A stretch of 64,000 nucleotides of DNA from Tubiluchus corallicola (taxonomy: Eukaryota > Animalia > Priapulida), in contig JAQGDQ010000391.1 in assembly GCA_030141605.1 (NCBI GenBank), positions 1 to 64,000 on the forward strand. Direction: 5' to 3'. This document shows, piece after piece, positions 1 to 15,319 of this stretch. Made by a program: the position numbers and the translations under genes. Position 1 is the first letter of the stretch. Each line of letters opens with the position of its first letter. The notes beneath the pieces were generated by a model. The model was not told the DNA's origin, did no database searches, and saw only the letters and a program-made list of their open reading frames with translations.

Positions 1-327
1 TTTTAATCATCTTAAATTAGTTCGGTAAACATCCTTGTCAGCTGGTCAATTGTAGATAACAGTAACGAGATTTTTTGTGCATCAATAACCGTAGAAGACA
101 CAATGTCAACAAGGATCAGACGTTCATAGAATTTTCACAGCAGCTCACTTCTGAGTTCTGCAATACTTGGTGGGTAGCGGTGAGAAACTCGTGGACTTTT
201 GAACTGGTTTCATCATTAGCAAGCGTGACCCATGGCATATTATTCTTGCTTAAATTCCTCTGTTTATCGTTTAACTATCCATACAATCGCTCGTCAGTCT
301 TGATTTCAAGGTAGAAAATTTATAATT

Positions 328-575
328 GCGAATAAAAAAGATCAATAAATTATGACGTAAGAACATTAATTACGTGAGTAAGTCGTTTTTAGAAATGTTC
401 TTTTTCATTTTATTAACTTAATATCAGTTATTTTATTTATTAGTGATGGAATAAAACCAAAATCGTTAAGATCTTGAAGCAAGGCAAAGGCTGGAACTGA
501 GTCTGGATTTAAACCAAAAATTGTAACCCAATGTTTCATGGTTCAAATCCAGTTCACTATTGCCTTCCGTTTGAA
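328..575 (+). repeat. Diverged ~250-bp segment duplicated at ~3954-4200
   Basis: Shared GCGAA..AAAAGATCAATAAA..GTAAGAACATT..TACGT..TGGATTTAAACCAAAAA..GTTCAA..CCAGTT. Confidence 0.7.
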
Positions 576-2084
576 CTCTCTGTCGTATAGGTGTCATTGT
601 TGCCAACGATGGTATAGGTGTCATTGTTGCCGACGATGGTATAGGTGTCATTGTACTTGTCATTGTCATTGTTGTAGCAGCTGCTGTTGCTGTTGCACAG
701 TCTGTTGTTGATATATCTTCTGTCTGTTAATACAGGGCCGCACTCAAAACATTTTAAGTAATTTAGCAGACTGGCAGACACTAATTTCCTTTTTTGGGAT
801 TCTAGTAAAAATATTTTTCCGCCGTCGGGGTCTCGCCGCCAGGGTCTTAGCAATCACCCCTGGACGGTTTGAACTAGTGCTATCAGTGGGCGAGAGGCCT
901 TGGTTCGAAATCGACATCCTGAAACAGAACTAACGAAGCAAGCAACTGGGAGACATTTACCAGCTTAAAAGGAGTGGTATTAGACCCGACCAAAACACTT
1001 AGCTTACCTACTAACTTTGTAAAAACTAGATTGTTACTATTAAATAAAGTTCTCTACTCACGACAGACATACAGCTGGCTAAACATGAAAAACTGAAAAA
1101 ACTAATCTACACCTGAGTTCTTACCAGCCCCCGGGAGGACGGGTGCAGGCTTGTCCTGTTTAGCGTTACAAACACCAGCAACCACAGAACTCAAAGAAAC
1201 AGGATGCGGCACTTGTATTTATAGACTTGCAAGTGAAAACAGGTGAGTGTTCAAATTTAGAGTCAATCAGAACGCGGGATTTATGAATTTCAATCCAGTA
1301 AGATTAGTACATTTTAAATTTATAGGGGTGTTTTACTTTAACACCACTCGAAATAACGTGCAGGCCGTATATCTGTGTCCTTGAGTGAGTGAAAATTTTG
1401 AACGCGAGACAGAGCAAAAATTTATTAAAACGGTAAGTCGATTTCTCAAATTTTAAACGAAGAAGTCACAGAATTCTCTACAGCCTGAATACTAATGGAA
1501 TAAATGACTTGACAGTTGTACAATGTTTCATATATGTTTCAATGTTTCAATGTACCATCAAGCCACAATACTAACAGTGTCTAGGTTCAATAATTAGCAT
1601 TTGAAAGAGAAATGTCCTCATACAATCGAACGCGAACGTTCGACAATATTCAAACATAAATTTTATTTTACATCACGTTCCTATTGCTAGTTTATTGATT
1701 TTCTGGTATTTATTTGCTGCAGTTATTGTAAATAACTATTTAATCGTTATCAGATATACAAGATTCACAGAGGTAAATACAGTTGGGATGATAATTATTA
1801 ATTGTCTATATATCTGGTTCAACATCACACATCTGATACCGTTAATTATCACCTCTCTTATCTTTTATTAACAGGCTCTGTCGTTCTGTTGACTTGCCCT
1901 GGATCTTACAGATCACAGGGGAATGTCATGCAGTTAAGCTGTTCAATGCAGTGGAAACAAGAAGCCACTTGCTACTATTTCAATTCAATTCGATTCATCT
2001 TTTATTGTTTCCTTTTCCCGGCTATTGTACGAACACTTGCAAGTGAAAAAGTTTTTTATGTAACAAAGATAGAGAGAACGAGAT

Positions 2085-3349
<1,265 letters not shown>

Positions 3350-4369
3350 ACACAATGCACACGTCTAATAGTTGGACAGTTACTCTCAATAATTGTGTGC
3401 GTGACACATCTGTAGAGAAATGAGGATCGTGCTGAGAAACGCAACGACTTTATTGAGCTGGATTCATCACTAGCCAATATGCGGCATGCCATACTGTTCT
3501 TGCTTGTTTCTCTTTTAATTACCCACACAATCACTCGCCAGTTTGATTTCAGGATAGTAAATTTATTAGCACTGCATTAATGAATTAGTTTCTCTCAAGA
3601 AACATTGTTTATTTTGAGAGTGTATTGTTTTCTCTAACAGTTCCAATGATACCCTAAAGTTTGCAGAATATTAGTGAACCTATAACGTTGTTATTTTAAC
3701 TTAAGAGCAATTATTAAATTGAAATTAAAGAAGATTAAATTTAACACCCTTAAACTTTACCACCTATCCACATTTGAGATACCAATGTCGCATTTCATTT
3801 GACATGTGTCTACATTTGACTTACCAAAAACGCTTAAGATTTGTTGAAAACCATTGTTAACACATTTGAATTACCTAAATCTACATATGAGTTAACGCAG
3901 GTATACATTTGACATGTAAAATCTAATATATATATTATATAAAACCTATATTTGCGAACATAAAAAGGATCAATAAAATCCCGATGTAAGAACATTGACT
4001 ACGTCAGTGAGACGAGTTTAGAAATATCATTTAAGGATCAATTAATTTCTTAAATAAAGTATTATTTATTATTGATGAAATAAAATCACAGTTATTAACA
4101 TTTTTTAAGCAAGGAAAAGTGAAAAGTAGGGACTGACAGTGGATTTAAACCAAAAACTGAAATCTAATGGTCCGTAGTTCAAGCCCAGTTCACTCCAAAC
4201 TTTTAATATTATCTTACCTTTGAACCCTGTGTCTTTATGTTTCAATGTTTCAGTTTTTCATTGAGTTTGGATTTGTTCTATCTTTTGAAGGTTAAAACTT
4301 GACAACTCTTAATCTTTACTACAAGAACTGTCGAACTAGTTTCGCTGTCCGTATTTAAATGCGATTTTA

Positions 4370-4377
4370 AGAGAGAA

Positions 4378-4418
<41 letters not shown>

Positions 4419-4468
4419 AATAAAGATAGAGAGAGAAAGAGAGAGAGAGAGAGAGAAAGGAGGGAGAG

Positions 4469-4552
<84 letters not shown>

Positions 4553-4650
4553 TGAGAGAGAGAGAAAGAAAGAGAGAGAGGAGGAGAGAGAGAGAGAGAG
4601 AGAGAGAGGGAGCGAGAGATAGACAGACAGACACACACAGAGAGAGACTT
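4370..4650. repeat. (AG)n microsatellite
   Basis: Direct inspection. Confidence 0.97.
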
Positions 4651-5014
4651 GAACTCTCTCTGCATACGAGACAGTAGACACTGTCCTGAAATGCGAGACG
4701 CAAAGAGATGATAGAGACAGTTAATGGCGTAACTGCTATGTTATCAAATCCGAGCAACTTGAATTACACTGGATAACTGTGGTAATCCCATAGATTATTT
4801 TAATACTGTTGTCTTGATTACCACTTAAGACTAGGCTATCAAACCGACAGTCAATTTTTGCGTTGCTTCAGCTTGACTGCTACTATGTGGACTGCTTTCT
4901 GTGCAGGATAATGAATCTATTATAATCTTTATTAAACTGTGGTATAGTACTTGGTATATTCTCAACAGTGCTCAGTAGAGGGTGCAAAATTATGCTGTGA
5001 CGAATTAAGAATAT

Positions 5015-5830
5015 CTATTTATTGAACTGCATAGCAAAGGAATTACAAGACACAAATAAAAACGACTTTAAAACATTGTACAACTGAACAAAGAAATCAC
5101 ATGTATGTAGTACAACAGTTTTAGAGTACAAAAACCCACACAGAGCAACATACATATAGCAAACTTAACATTACCTTAATATTACATGTATTACAGTTAG
5201 TCAGTCAATCAGGCTTGCACTGGGTTATCCTATCTTAAAATATTTTGTGGACAAAGCTGACATCAATTTCAATAACTTCTACATTTCGTAATGCATTTAA
5301 AAACACGAAATGCTCATTTGGAGACGTATAATGAAAGTTAAGACAGAAATCAGAAAGAATACCAAAACATTCCTCTCTTATATGAGCGTACAGTGGACAT
5401 TCAGTGATTACATGCAGTTTAAAAGCGAATACAAACTGGGACAATTAAAATTACTGATGCCCTTTTATTAAACTAGATATGTGAAGTTAGTCTAAGTTTG
5501 GAAAAACATGGCATCGTTTTATTAAAAAAATTATCCCATATTATTGTGACACGGAAACAACTACTACAAATAGTAATCAGTTTTTATAGGCAGTCCCTAC
5601 TCAAGGGTTAATTATATATATTCTCATATTAAAAACACGAACTGCTCATTAGGAGACTTATAATGAAAGGCAGAGAGAGCGTACAATGGTCATTTCAGTA
5701 ATTTCATGCAATTCATCCTCTACTTTGTTCAAACAACAATTTTTTCATAACTCTTTGTTCTACCGGTATTTTTTCGGCTTATCTACAGATTTCGATTGCT
5801 AATTTATGAGTATTTTACAGAATGGCTGAG
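5015..5830 (-). mobile_element. Decayed non-LTR retrotransposon (LINE) 3' fragments
   Basis: Minus-strand HVITECPLYAHIREECF and NKVEDELH motifs resemble the C-terminal Cys/His domain of LINE ORF2; AATAAA near 5017; internal duplication 5295-5345 / 5630-5670. Confidence 0.6.
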
Positions 5831-6344
5831 CACAGGAACTGTGAGAAACATGGTAAGAAGCTAAACATTTAGGTGCCCAATTTTCTTTATCCAAAATGAA
5901 TTTAATGCAGTTTGATGCTGGGATCCAGTAAGGAGGTTGTGGCAGGACTAGATCGATCAGTCAATCAAACAGTTAGGCAATAAAGCAATCAGTTAATCTT
6001 TCGGTCAGTCAGTTAGTCAGTTTCTGGGTTAGTCAGTAAGTTACAAGTGCTTGCAAATGTTGGTAGAGATTTGATTATTAAAACGTTATAATTACTTTGG
6101 AAATCCAGTTTTCATTATTTAATTATAGCTATTTGAAAGAAGTTTGACGTGTAAGTCAGACTCAGTACGTAATTTGCTCTGCATTATTTCTTATTGCATC
6201 AATTCACATTGTAAAATCATTTAAAATAATTTTCTTGTTCTCATATTTGAATTATTTTGTTTAAGACTATGTGTTAAGTTTGTAGTCGCAATATTAAATA
6301 CGTAAGGTTAGTAGAATTTTCTCCAACGAATAGAGGCACTATAT

Positions 6345-6448
6345 TATTATTGTACATAAAGATACTATTATTATTATTATTATTATTATTATAAATATTA
6401 TTATTCTTATTCTTCTTAGTATTATTATTATTAGTACTGTTATTATTA

Positions 6449-6541
<93 letters not shown>

Positions 6542-6557
6542 GCAGTAGTAGCAGTAA

Positions 6558-6603
<46 letters not shown>
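6345..6603. repeat. (TAT)n + (TAG)n compound microsatellite
   Basis: Direct inspection. Confidence 0.97.
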
Positions 6604-7317
6604 CAGCCAGTCAGACAATTAATCTGTCAATAAGTCCAACAGGTAATCGGTAGGTTGGTAGTTCCATTGGTTGGTTGGTCCGCCTGTTAGTTGGTAGGTT
6701 AATCGGCTGGTTGGTCGGTCAGTCAGTCCATTATTTAATTAATTTTCATTTTTTTTAAAAATACGTTTCATCACAACCATAATCGCGTTCCATAAGGCAA
6801 CATAAGATAACGTGGTTTTATAAAGTGCATAAGTTCTCACTCAGACTATTGCCAACATAATGTAATATATGTACAATTTAATTGGCATAAAATATTAATT
6901 TATTACGAGTTGCAGTGTTTTTAAGACGACGCCTGGTTTGGGCAGCAAACAAAGCATTGCTTCCGTGTTTTAATCAGATTACTTCGGTCGGTAATTGTAA
7001 CTGCAAAATCAATGTTTAGTATCAAATATCATTACTTTATTAGTTTGATTTCTTTTTTACGACGTGATTTACAATTATGGCTGTCACATAACAATTATCG
7101 ATTAGTAGACAAATGAAAATCCACAGAATTCCTTCTCCTGTGGTGATCTCGTCTCTTTTCTTCCTCATTTCCTTATTTGACCATGTCCATTTCCGCTGGT
7201 CGATTTAGCAAGACTTTTACGACTGACGATACAACATGATGTACGTTTGTGAGTGTGTCGTATTGTTTTTTAATAATCGAATCCTTCCTCAAAGTACGGG
7301 ATATCTAAAGTTTGATC

Positions 7318-7892
7318 ATGTTGTTGTTGTTGCCGCTGCTGCTGCTGTTGTTGTTATTGTTATTGTTGTTGTTGTTGTTGTTGTTATTGCTGTTGTTGTT
7401 GTTGCTGCTGCTGCTGCTGTTGTTGCTGTTGCTGTTGCTGTTGCTGTTGTTGCTGTTGCTGTTGCTGTTGTTGCTGTTGTTGCTGTTGTTGCTGTTGCTG
7501 CTTCTGTTGTTTTTGTTGTTGTTGTTGTTGTTCTTGCTGTTGCTGTTGTTGCTGTTACTGTTGCTGCTGCTGTTGTTTTTGTTGTTGTTGTTCTTGCTGC
7601 TGTTGTTGTTGTTGGTGCTGTTGTTGTTATTGTTGTTGTTGCTGCTGCTGTTGTTGTTGTTGTTGTTGTTCTTGATGTCGTTGTCATTACCATTGCTGTT
7701 GCCGTTGCCTCTGACACTGTAGTTGTTGTTTGTTGTTGTTGTTGCTGCTGCTGCTGCTGTTGCACCTGCTGTTTTTGTCGGCGATGGCGTTGGTATTGGC
7801 ACTGGCATTGTCATTGTCATTCGCGCTGGCGTGGCCGCACCCACTGTCAATGTCGTTGTTGTTGTTGTTGTCGTCATTGTCATTGTTGTAGT
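7318..7892. repeat. (GTT/GCT)n degenerate trinucleotide repeat
   Basis: Direct inspection; produces spurious poly-V/L/N/T ORFs. Confidence 0.95.
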
Positions 7893-8558
7893 TGATGGAA
7901 TTGTTAGTGTCACATTTATCTTTGAAAGCCATACAAGTCACCCACTTTATAGTAGGAGACTTTGCATAAAGATGCTGCAGATTATTGCACAGAGCTCGAT
8001 TCTTCTGTTTGCCAATATGGCTGTCAAATATATTCGCTAAATGGATCATTCCGGGTAAATGGATCTGGAAAAGCGGATTCCATGACACTAATAAATGCTT
8101 TCTAAGGTTAAAAAGTGAAAGCTGTTATCTGTACAAGAAATAAACATGTGCAATGTGACCTGGATGCAAGCACGTTAGTGCTACAATTCTACTTAACTGC
8201 TTTTGCTTTAAATTCTGCTCTTCAAAATCACTTATCCCCTCTTTCCCTGTGAAAAGCTTCACAACATCATAGGGGAACTATCTTGCCTGTTCAGAAGACA
8301 TACTGTCTCTCTCTACACTATCTTGTCATTTCAGACCGACCGTGTAATAACTTTAGACAATGTTTCAATATTTGAATGTTTCTGGCTGTTTCAATTTGCT
8401 TTCAGTGTCTGACAGCTTGATTCATGATACAGAAATCACGTAATAAATGACCCGTGACGTGAACGAAACGCAAACGGAAGTCATTACAGAACTTTTCTAG
8501 GTCGTAACTCGACGCTCGGGCAATCGGTGCCTATTTACTTATTCTGGATTGACGACTA

Positions 8559-9025
8559 ATTCATTCGTTTATTCATTCATTCATTCATTCATTCATTCAT
8601 TCATTCATTCATTCATTCATTCATTCATTCATTCATTCATTCATTCATTCATTCATTCATTCATTCATTCATTCATTCATTCATTCATTCATTCATTCAT
8701 TCATTCATTTATTCTCTATTCATTTATTCGTCCATTCATTCGTTCATTCATCCAAAAATTCATTCATTTGTTTGTTTATTTATTTATTCATTCATTCACT
8801 CCTTCATTATTTTTTCATTCATTTATTCATTCATTCATTTATTCTCCGTTCATTCGTTCGTCCATTCATTCTAAAATTCATTCATTTGTTTATTTATTTA
8901 TTCATTCATTCATTCATTCATTCATTCATTCATTCATTCATTCATTCATTCATTTATTCGTCCATTCATTCGTTCTTCCATTGATGCGTTCATTCATACA
9001 AAAGTTCATTCACTCATTCATTCGT
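8559..9025. repeat. (TTCA)n microsatellite
   Basis: Direct inspection. Confidence 0.97.
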
Positions 9026-9481
9026 TAAAAATCGATTGTGTCCTATTCTATCTATAAGTGAAAAACAAACTGTTGAACTGTTAATAATGTAGCAAAGCTG
9101 ACAGCGACAACGGTTTTTTTGCTCCATAATCAGCGTATTGAATATGAGGAGCATAAACCCTTTTCCGCCCGGTCAATTTAGAACGAAAGATATTTTGGAA
9201 AATCTCAATGTTGTTCATGAAAACGTTCGATAATAATCAAGCCGAGAAAAATGGTTAGATAGAACGTAATGATATCGGACAGCAAAATTGAATTTATGAT
9301 CAATAAAAAGAAATCCCCAACCGCATACTTGACATGACGCATCATTATCTCCAGTCATGGAGATAAACTTCTTATACGAGTTTAAGCCTCCTAAATGCAC
9401 TTTTTAAGTATTAGGTCTGACAGCAGAGAGACCCAAGATATCCGACGGCAGTCAGCTGAAGAATTTTGAAGATTTATTTCT

Positions 9482-10145
9482 TTAAGGAAAACCGGACGAT
9501 TGTTTAAACATTAGTTCAGAATGTAGAATTCTTCAAAATATTGAAAACTATAATAGATTTTCTTAAATCAGAGATTAGATTAAATAATAATTACCTCGGA
9601 TGCTCAAATTTTGTTAAATTTTCAAAGCTACGCGCGGCACAGTGATTCTACTAAGACTGGCAACGGCGCCTTTTTGTCACATTCGCATAGCTGACAAATA
9701 GAAGGCGGTACCGTGATAACCATGATCGCGGCTATTTAATGTATTGTCTTATTTACTGTAACTAACATCTAGGGCCTTTATGGAAACGATATTCGTATGT
9801 AACTTTTTTTAAAGTGACGAAGTAAAAATAAATTCTTGATCATGAACTGCAGTGTTAGTTCACGAAGTAATATGACGTAGAGCGCATTTTCGTGACATCA
9901 CGCGTTTAAGCAGTAACATCTACGCTAACGTGCTTCATGCGCAAGGGAAGATGCCTGCCATTGCACAAACTGTGGTTAGTTTCTGACGTAAGCAATAGCT
10001 GTGTTCGGTTGCCGTTAATTAACTTTCTAAGCTAATTATTCAAATATAAGAAACAATTGGTAACATTTATAGGCAAGAAAATGTATATTTTGGATAGTAA
10101 ATTAAAATGAGATTGAGTCTAAACAATCATCCGGTTTTCCTTTAA
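9482..10145 (+). mobile_element. Kolobok-type MITE, family A (full length)
   Basis: TTAA-flanked TIRs (A)GGAAAACCGGAYGATTGTTTA / TAAACAATCATCCGGTTTTCCT; homologous copies at 17457 and 19665. Confidence 0.85.
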
Positions 10146-11282
10146 ACGAGCAAAAAGATAGAGTACCAATAAACTAGCTAGAATGATCAGCAGCTGTTAA
10201 AATGGACATGTTTGTGGTCATTGTCGACAAAATCATCGTCATCTTTACCATAAACATGTGTCGTCGTTAAATATTCGTCATTTTAAATTCAAGATTATTA
10301 GTTAGTGATAAATTCATAATGATCGAATTTTGAAAACCAAACATAAAAAAAGAAAAATATGGAAATATAGGTCGATATCTGGTCTGGATTTGAACCAGGT
10401 ACTTTTGTATGACAAGTTCAAAGCCACGAACAGTTTGATAAGGAAAATTCTGAATACTTAAAACGCATGTTGACAGTGAGTATAAATGATTTCTGTGCTA
10501 AAATTATTAAGTCACTTCAAATTAAAATGCTCTTGCCAAGTCGTAAAATGTCGCTCACTCGCCTTCCCAGTGTGCATCGCTGACTCACCAATAAACTTAT
10601 TTTTTATCTTATTGAGATAATGTATCAAGATGTATCATTTTGCTCGGTTAGTGACGAGTACACCATGAATCATTCGGTTAATTTTTCATACTTTACGCAA
10701 TATTGTTTAAACTTAAGTTGTTTAAACAAACGACCTACCATTAAAATTGCTTCACCTAATGAGTGTTTAAATGTTCAAAGTTTTATACATCGTTACTGCT
10801 ACTGCAAGCTCTGTAAGCAATAAGGAATTACGTTGGAGATACAAAATTTTAAGACGAATTTTGTGGCTTTATTTAAGTAAAGGGTTTTCTTATGCTTTAA
10901 AAAAGAAACGTGTCCATGTCCAAGTATAATTAGGTATAGAATTGCACGCGCATGCATACTACATCACCCAGGAAGTACCGGATTTAGATGAAAAGAGAAG
11001 TCACGATATTCCACTTTCTCTAACAACTAGAGAAAGATGGAAAAGTGCTTTAAAGAATATCCACTGAAGCTGAGGATAATGTAGATGATAGGTTTATTGA
11101 AAAAGCAAATTACAATTTACAGGTGAATCAAATTGCTCGAATAAGTGCAAAAAGGAAAATTAAAGGAAAACAGGATAACTTTTTATTATCCTGTTTCATT
11201 TTGAAGTACCTCAAAAAGAATTCCTTTTAATGCCTATAATAATGTCAAAGCGTTTCTGATAATTAAATAATAGTTTAAACAC

Positions 11283-11560
11283 TTAATTAACGGCGAGCGA
11301 GCCTAACTAGTGATGACATCACAAATGAACAAAGTTTTCAACAGCGCGAACATTCCGTTAGCGTGTTACACGTGTTTGCAAAAGGGAAAATTGAAGCACA
11401 GTGCTAGTGTACAACATTCAGTGCAACTTTTAAGATTCCCACAGTACTCACGCATGAGCTCTCGAACGTGTGTACATCACAAACGAGCAATCTGAAATGA
11501 GTGCCCATCTAACTAGCGAACAGCGAAATGCATATAACAGAGAAGAGTTAGTTGGCAAAT
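11283..11560 (+). mobile_element. MITE family B internal fragment
   Basis: TTAACGGCG..TGATGACATCAC..AAAATTGAAGCACAGTGCTA..CTCACGCATGAGCT. Confidence 0.65.
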
Positions 11561-11564
11561 AGGA

Positions 11565-12107
11565 TTTGACAGAACGCAACGGAATGGGAACCAATGGAAC
11601 CGAGCCGAGCCGTGCCTTGCCGTATCGTGTCGTGCCATGCCGTGCAGAGTAGGGTAGAACAGAACAGAACAGAACAGAACAGAACAGAACAGAACAGAAC
11701 AGAACAGAACAGAACAGAACAGAACAGAACAGAACAGAACAGAACAGAACAGAACAGAACAGAACAGAACAGAACAGAACAGAACAGAACAGAACAGAAC
11801 AGAACAGAACAGAACAGAACAGAACAGAACAGAACAGAACAGAACAGAACAGAACAGAACAGAACAGAACAGAACAGAACAGAACAGAACAGAACAGAAC
11901 ACAACACAACACAACACAACAGAACAGAACAGAACAGAACAGAACAGAACAGAACAGAACAGAACAGAACAGAACAGAACAGAACAGAACAGAACAGAAC
12001 AGAACACAACACAACAGAACAGAACACAACACAACACAACACAACACAACACAACACAACACAACACAACACAACAGAACAGAACAGAACAGAACAGAAC
12101 AGAACAG
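11565..12107. repeat. (AGAAC/ACAAC)n pentanucleotide microsatellite
   Basis: Direct inspection. Confidence 0.97.
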
Positions 12108-12347
12108 TGCATCTATAAACGTAGATGCATTAAGAAAATTCTGACGAATATTTAAAAAATAGCAGGTCTAATTTATCAAAATTATAAATAAAATGATGTT
12201 TACGAATATGTGATAAACTGTGAATATGTTGCTAAACAGCTAAAACACATGAAACGAAATCAATAGTTGGACAAAATGATTCGCCTCGTTATTTTAATTC
12301 TCGTCAAAATGGGTTTTTTTCTTGCTTTAAACTGTGTGCGGCTGCGG

Positions 12348-12880
12348 TTAAAGGAGAGAACAAGTCACTTAGTATTTTGGGTTTATTTTACTGTTATCAC
12401 TTAAACTTAAAAAAACGTAACAAAAAATTCGTAGAAAACTATCTATAAAGCACAATTTCTAAAATACTACGGCTGAATAGAAATTTTCAGGCGTGGTGGT
12501 TGCCGCCATTCATTTTAAAATTATGACGTAACTGGGAAACTTCGTGACTTTTCGTAAGCTCGCGTTGCTTAAACTAATTCAAACTGCCGCAGCTTTCTTG
12601 ATGTCTATGCAAAAATCACCAAATTATGTATCTATTTTTTTTTGTAAAAACTTATATATCTTTGACGAAAATGTGCTAATTTTCTTCAGGGCGAATGACG
12701 TCATTGGTGGAAGAATGGACATTGAAAATGGAAGCGCCCAAGCATGAAGTGATCGCGACTTTAAAGTTATTTTACTAATTACACGAGGCACTTATTGCCG
12801 TTTTATTACGAAATCCTTCTAAGGTTTTCACGAACATTGAAATAAGCCTGCCTTTCCACCAATCTTGGTTTTTCCTTGAA
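12348..12880 (+). mobile_element. Kolobok-type MITE, family D
   Basis: TTAA-AGGAGAGAACAAG ... CTTGGTTTTTCCT-TGAA; second copy at ~56755-57485. Confidence 0.7.
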
Positions 12881-13837
12881 ACTTAAGGCTGATCATATTT
12901 CTTCTCTAGTCATCGTCAGAGGCAAGTATTAAATTCTAATCTCTGGGAATGACAGTTGAAGAGACTTTTGAAGATGCATTTACTATAAGAGAAATGCTTT
13001 TACTAATGTGTAAACGTGTCTAGAGTTACAAGTGCCTCGCCTCAATGTCTCCACACTGAATGATGAGGTAGGCAAATACGGTAAATTTTCTTCTTGAAAT
13101 GGAGTCAAGACTTCGTTTGCTCATAAATTCAACGAAAACGAACTTGGCATGATACGTTGGTAACGAGCCTTAGCTGTGTTTTGGAAAAGTAAGCCATTTA
13201 GCTTGCAAGAACCTTTTAGTGCTAAGCAAGCAGTTTTTAAAGGGTATTAGGGTAGGGGTCTCGTTGAGAAGAGAACAAGACACAGCTAGTAGGTTTGGGA
13301 AAGTGCAGTAAGGTGCCCCATTGGGGCTTAAATCTTCCTTGATTTTAGGCTTTTCGGACCTTTAAAGGTCGAAAAATGGCAGTTTAGTAAGCAACTTTTT
13401 AACCGTTTTCGCTATTAAGGATACCAAATTTAAATGTTAATTCAAAAACAGCAATTGCTTTTTAATCAGTGAATTAAGTAGTGTTCATCCACTGGCTTTT
13501 ATACTTTACCCAGAATAAGTCTTGGCCTTGTCAAACTGTTTAACCGCGAGGAATCACTGAGCTAACAAAATACAGCAAGGTGCAGTAGCTCTATTTACAT
13601 GTTGATTTACTTCTGCCAAAGACAATCACGCGACTCACGCCAACTGATTACAGCCAAACTTTGTTGCAACAAACTTTTCAAGTCTGAAGTAAAATAAATT
13701 ACTTGGCGATAAAATGAGTCATTATTCTTGTGCACAACTTCTCAAGAAAGGTTTTTATTTTTTTCTGAAAAATTGCAACAAAAATGAGGTACAGTTCAGA
13801 CCAGTACAGTTGACCGAAAGATCGGAAATATGGATAG

Positions 13838-14532
13838 GCCAAAAAAGTAAGAAAAGATAAAGCAGTGGCTGCCAAAACAGTAAGAAAAGATAAAGCAGTG
13901 GCTGTCAAAAACTAAGAAAAGATAAAGCAGTGGCTGCCAAAAAAGTTAGAAAAGATAAAGCAGTGGCTGCCAAAAAGTAAGAAAGGATAAAGCAGTGGCT
14001 GCCAAAAAGTAAGAAAAGATAAAGCAATGGCTGCCGAAAAAGTAAGAAAAGATAAAGCAGTGGCTGCCAAAAAAGTTAGAAAAGATAAAGAAGTGGCTGT
14101 CAAAAAGTAAGAAAAGATAAAGCAGTGGCTGCCAAAAAGTAAGAAAAGATAAAGCAACGGCTGCCGAAAAAGTAAAAAAAGATAAAGCAGTGGCTGCCAA
14201 AAAAGTTAGAAAAGATAGTGGCTGTCAAAAAGTAAGAAAAGATAAAGCAGTGGCTGCCAAAAAGTAAGAAAAGATAAAGCAGTGGCTGCCAAAAAACTAA
14301 GAAAAGATAAAGCAGCAGAGACTGCCAGAAAAATAAGAAAAGATAAAGCAGTGGCTGCCAAAAAAGTAAAAAAAGATAAAGCCGAAGTTGCCAAAAAGTA
14401 AGAAAAGATAAAGCCGTAGCTGACAAAAAAGTAATAAAAGATAAAGCAGTGGCTGTCAAAAAGTAAAAAAAGATAAAGCAGTGGCTGCCAAAAAGTAAGA
14501 AAGGTAAAGCAGTGGCTGCCAAAAAAGTAAGA
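13838..14532. repeat. ~30-31-bp minisatellite (AAAAAGTAAGAAAAGATAAAGCAGTGGCTGCC), about 22 units
   Basis: Direct inspection. Confidence 0.95.
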
Positions 14533-15319
14533 AGGAGAATAAAATAATGGAATACCTAAGGTTTTACGAGGAAAGGCTTAATGAGGCAGGCAAAGACAGA
14601 ACCAAGGTAAAACACAAAGGAAAACAAAATCGGATAGGCATAGTCATTGACGTAACTAGTAGGGGAGCAAAGGGAGCAACCACTCCCCAGAGCACATTGT
14701 TAAAAATTAATAGAGTCATTACTTTATTTGACCAACCAGCCTCCCGTTTCTTTTAAATGAGTCATTATGAGTATGTTGAGGCAACTCATTTGTCAAGGTT
14801 GCTTGATTGAACCAAAGATCAAATTGCCACAAATCTATTTACAATAATGTATTCTTGTCACGCGATAAGTACGTCTACTGATAATTATAGACTGCAAAGA
14901 CAAGTTTCAGTGTGTTAACGTTTTATTACGAAGGTGTTATATCATGGCTGTTTTTAAGATTGTTTAGAAAAACAATCATACTATCTTAGATTTTTATCAT
15001 GCCATGGAGAAAAACTTCTACTGTGTTTTGATTTTAAATACAAAATAACATTTATGCGCTTCCATGAAAATTGCATCTTCCTCTTGTTCTGATTTTAAGC
15101 ACAAAATTAAAATGTATAATCAATACGTTAAAAATTGTTTGGTATGTGTATCGACGAGTATTTTATGTGCTTGCTTCCCTTGACTTTAGAAGCTGGCTAC
15201 GCCCCGGAGCACAATAGGCAATGAGGTAGTCAAGGCAAATCAAGAAAAAGCAAAATGGGGCAGTTGAGGAAATAGCCAGTATAAAGTAAGGAAAGGCAAA
15301 ATATGGTTGGCAAAGATCT

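Noticed and set aside
7236-8088. Long poly-V/L/N/T/Q ORFs (also at 4278-4757, 6274-6618, 8549-9028, 11448-12118, 27280-28219)
   Set aside because: Stop-free translations of microsatellites, open in several frames on both strands.
13699-14522. Repetitive hydrophobic ORFs (ATALSFLTF)
   Set aside because: Translation of a 30-31-bp minisatellite whose unit length shifts frame.
14645-15207. Possible old hAT MITE (GACGTAACTAG ... CTGGCTACGCCCC)
   Set aside because: TIR too degenerate and no clear TSD.
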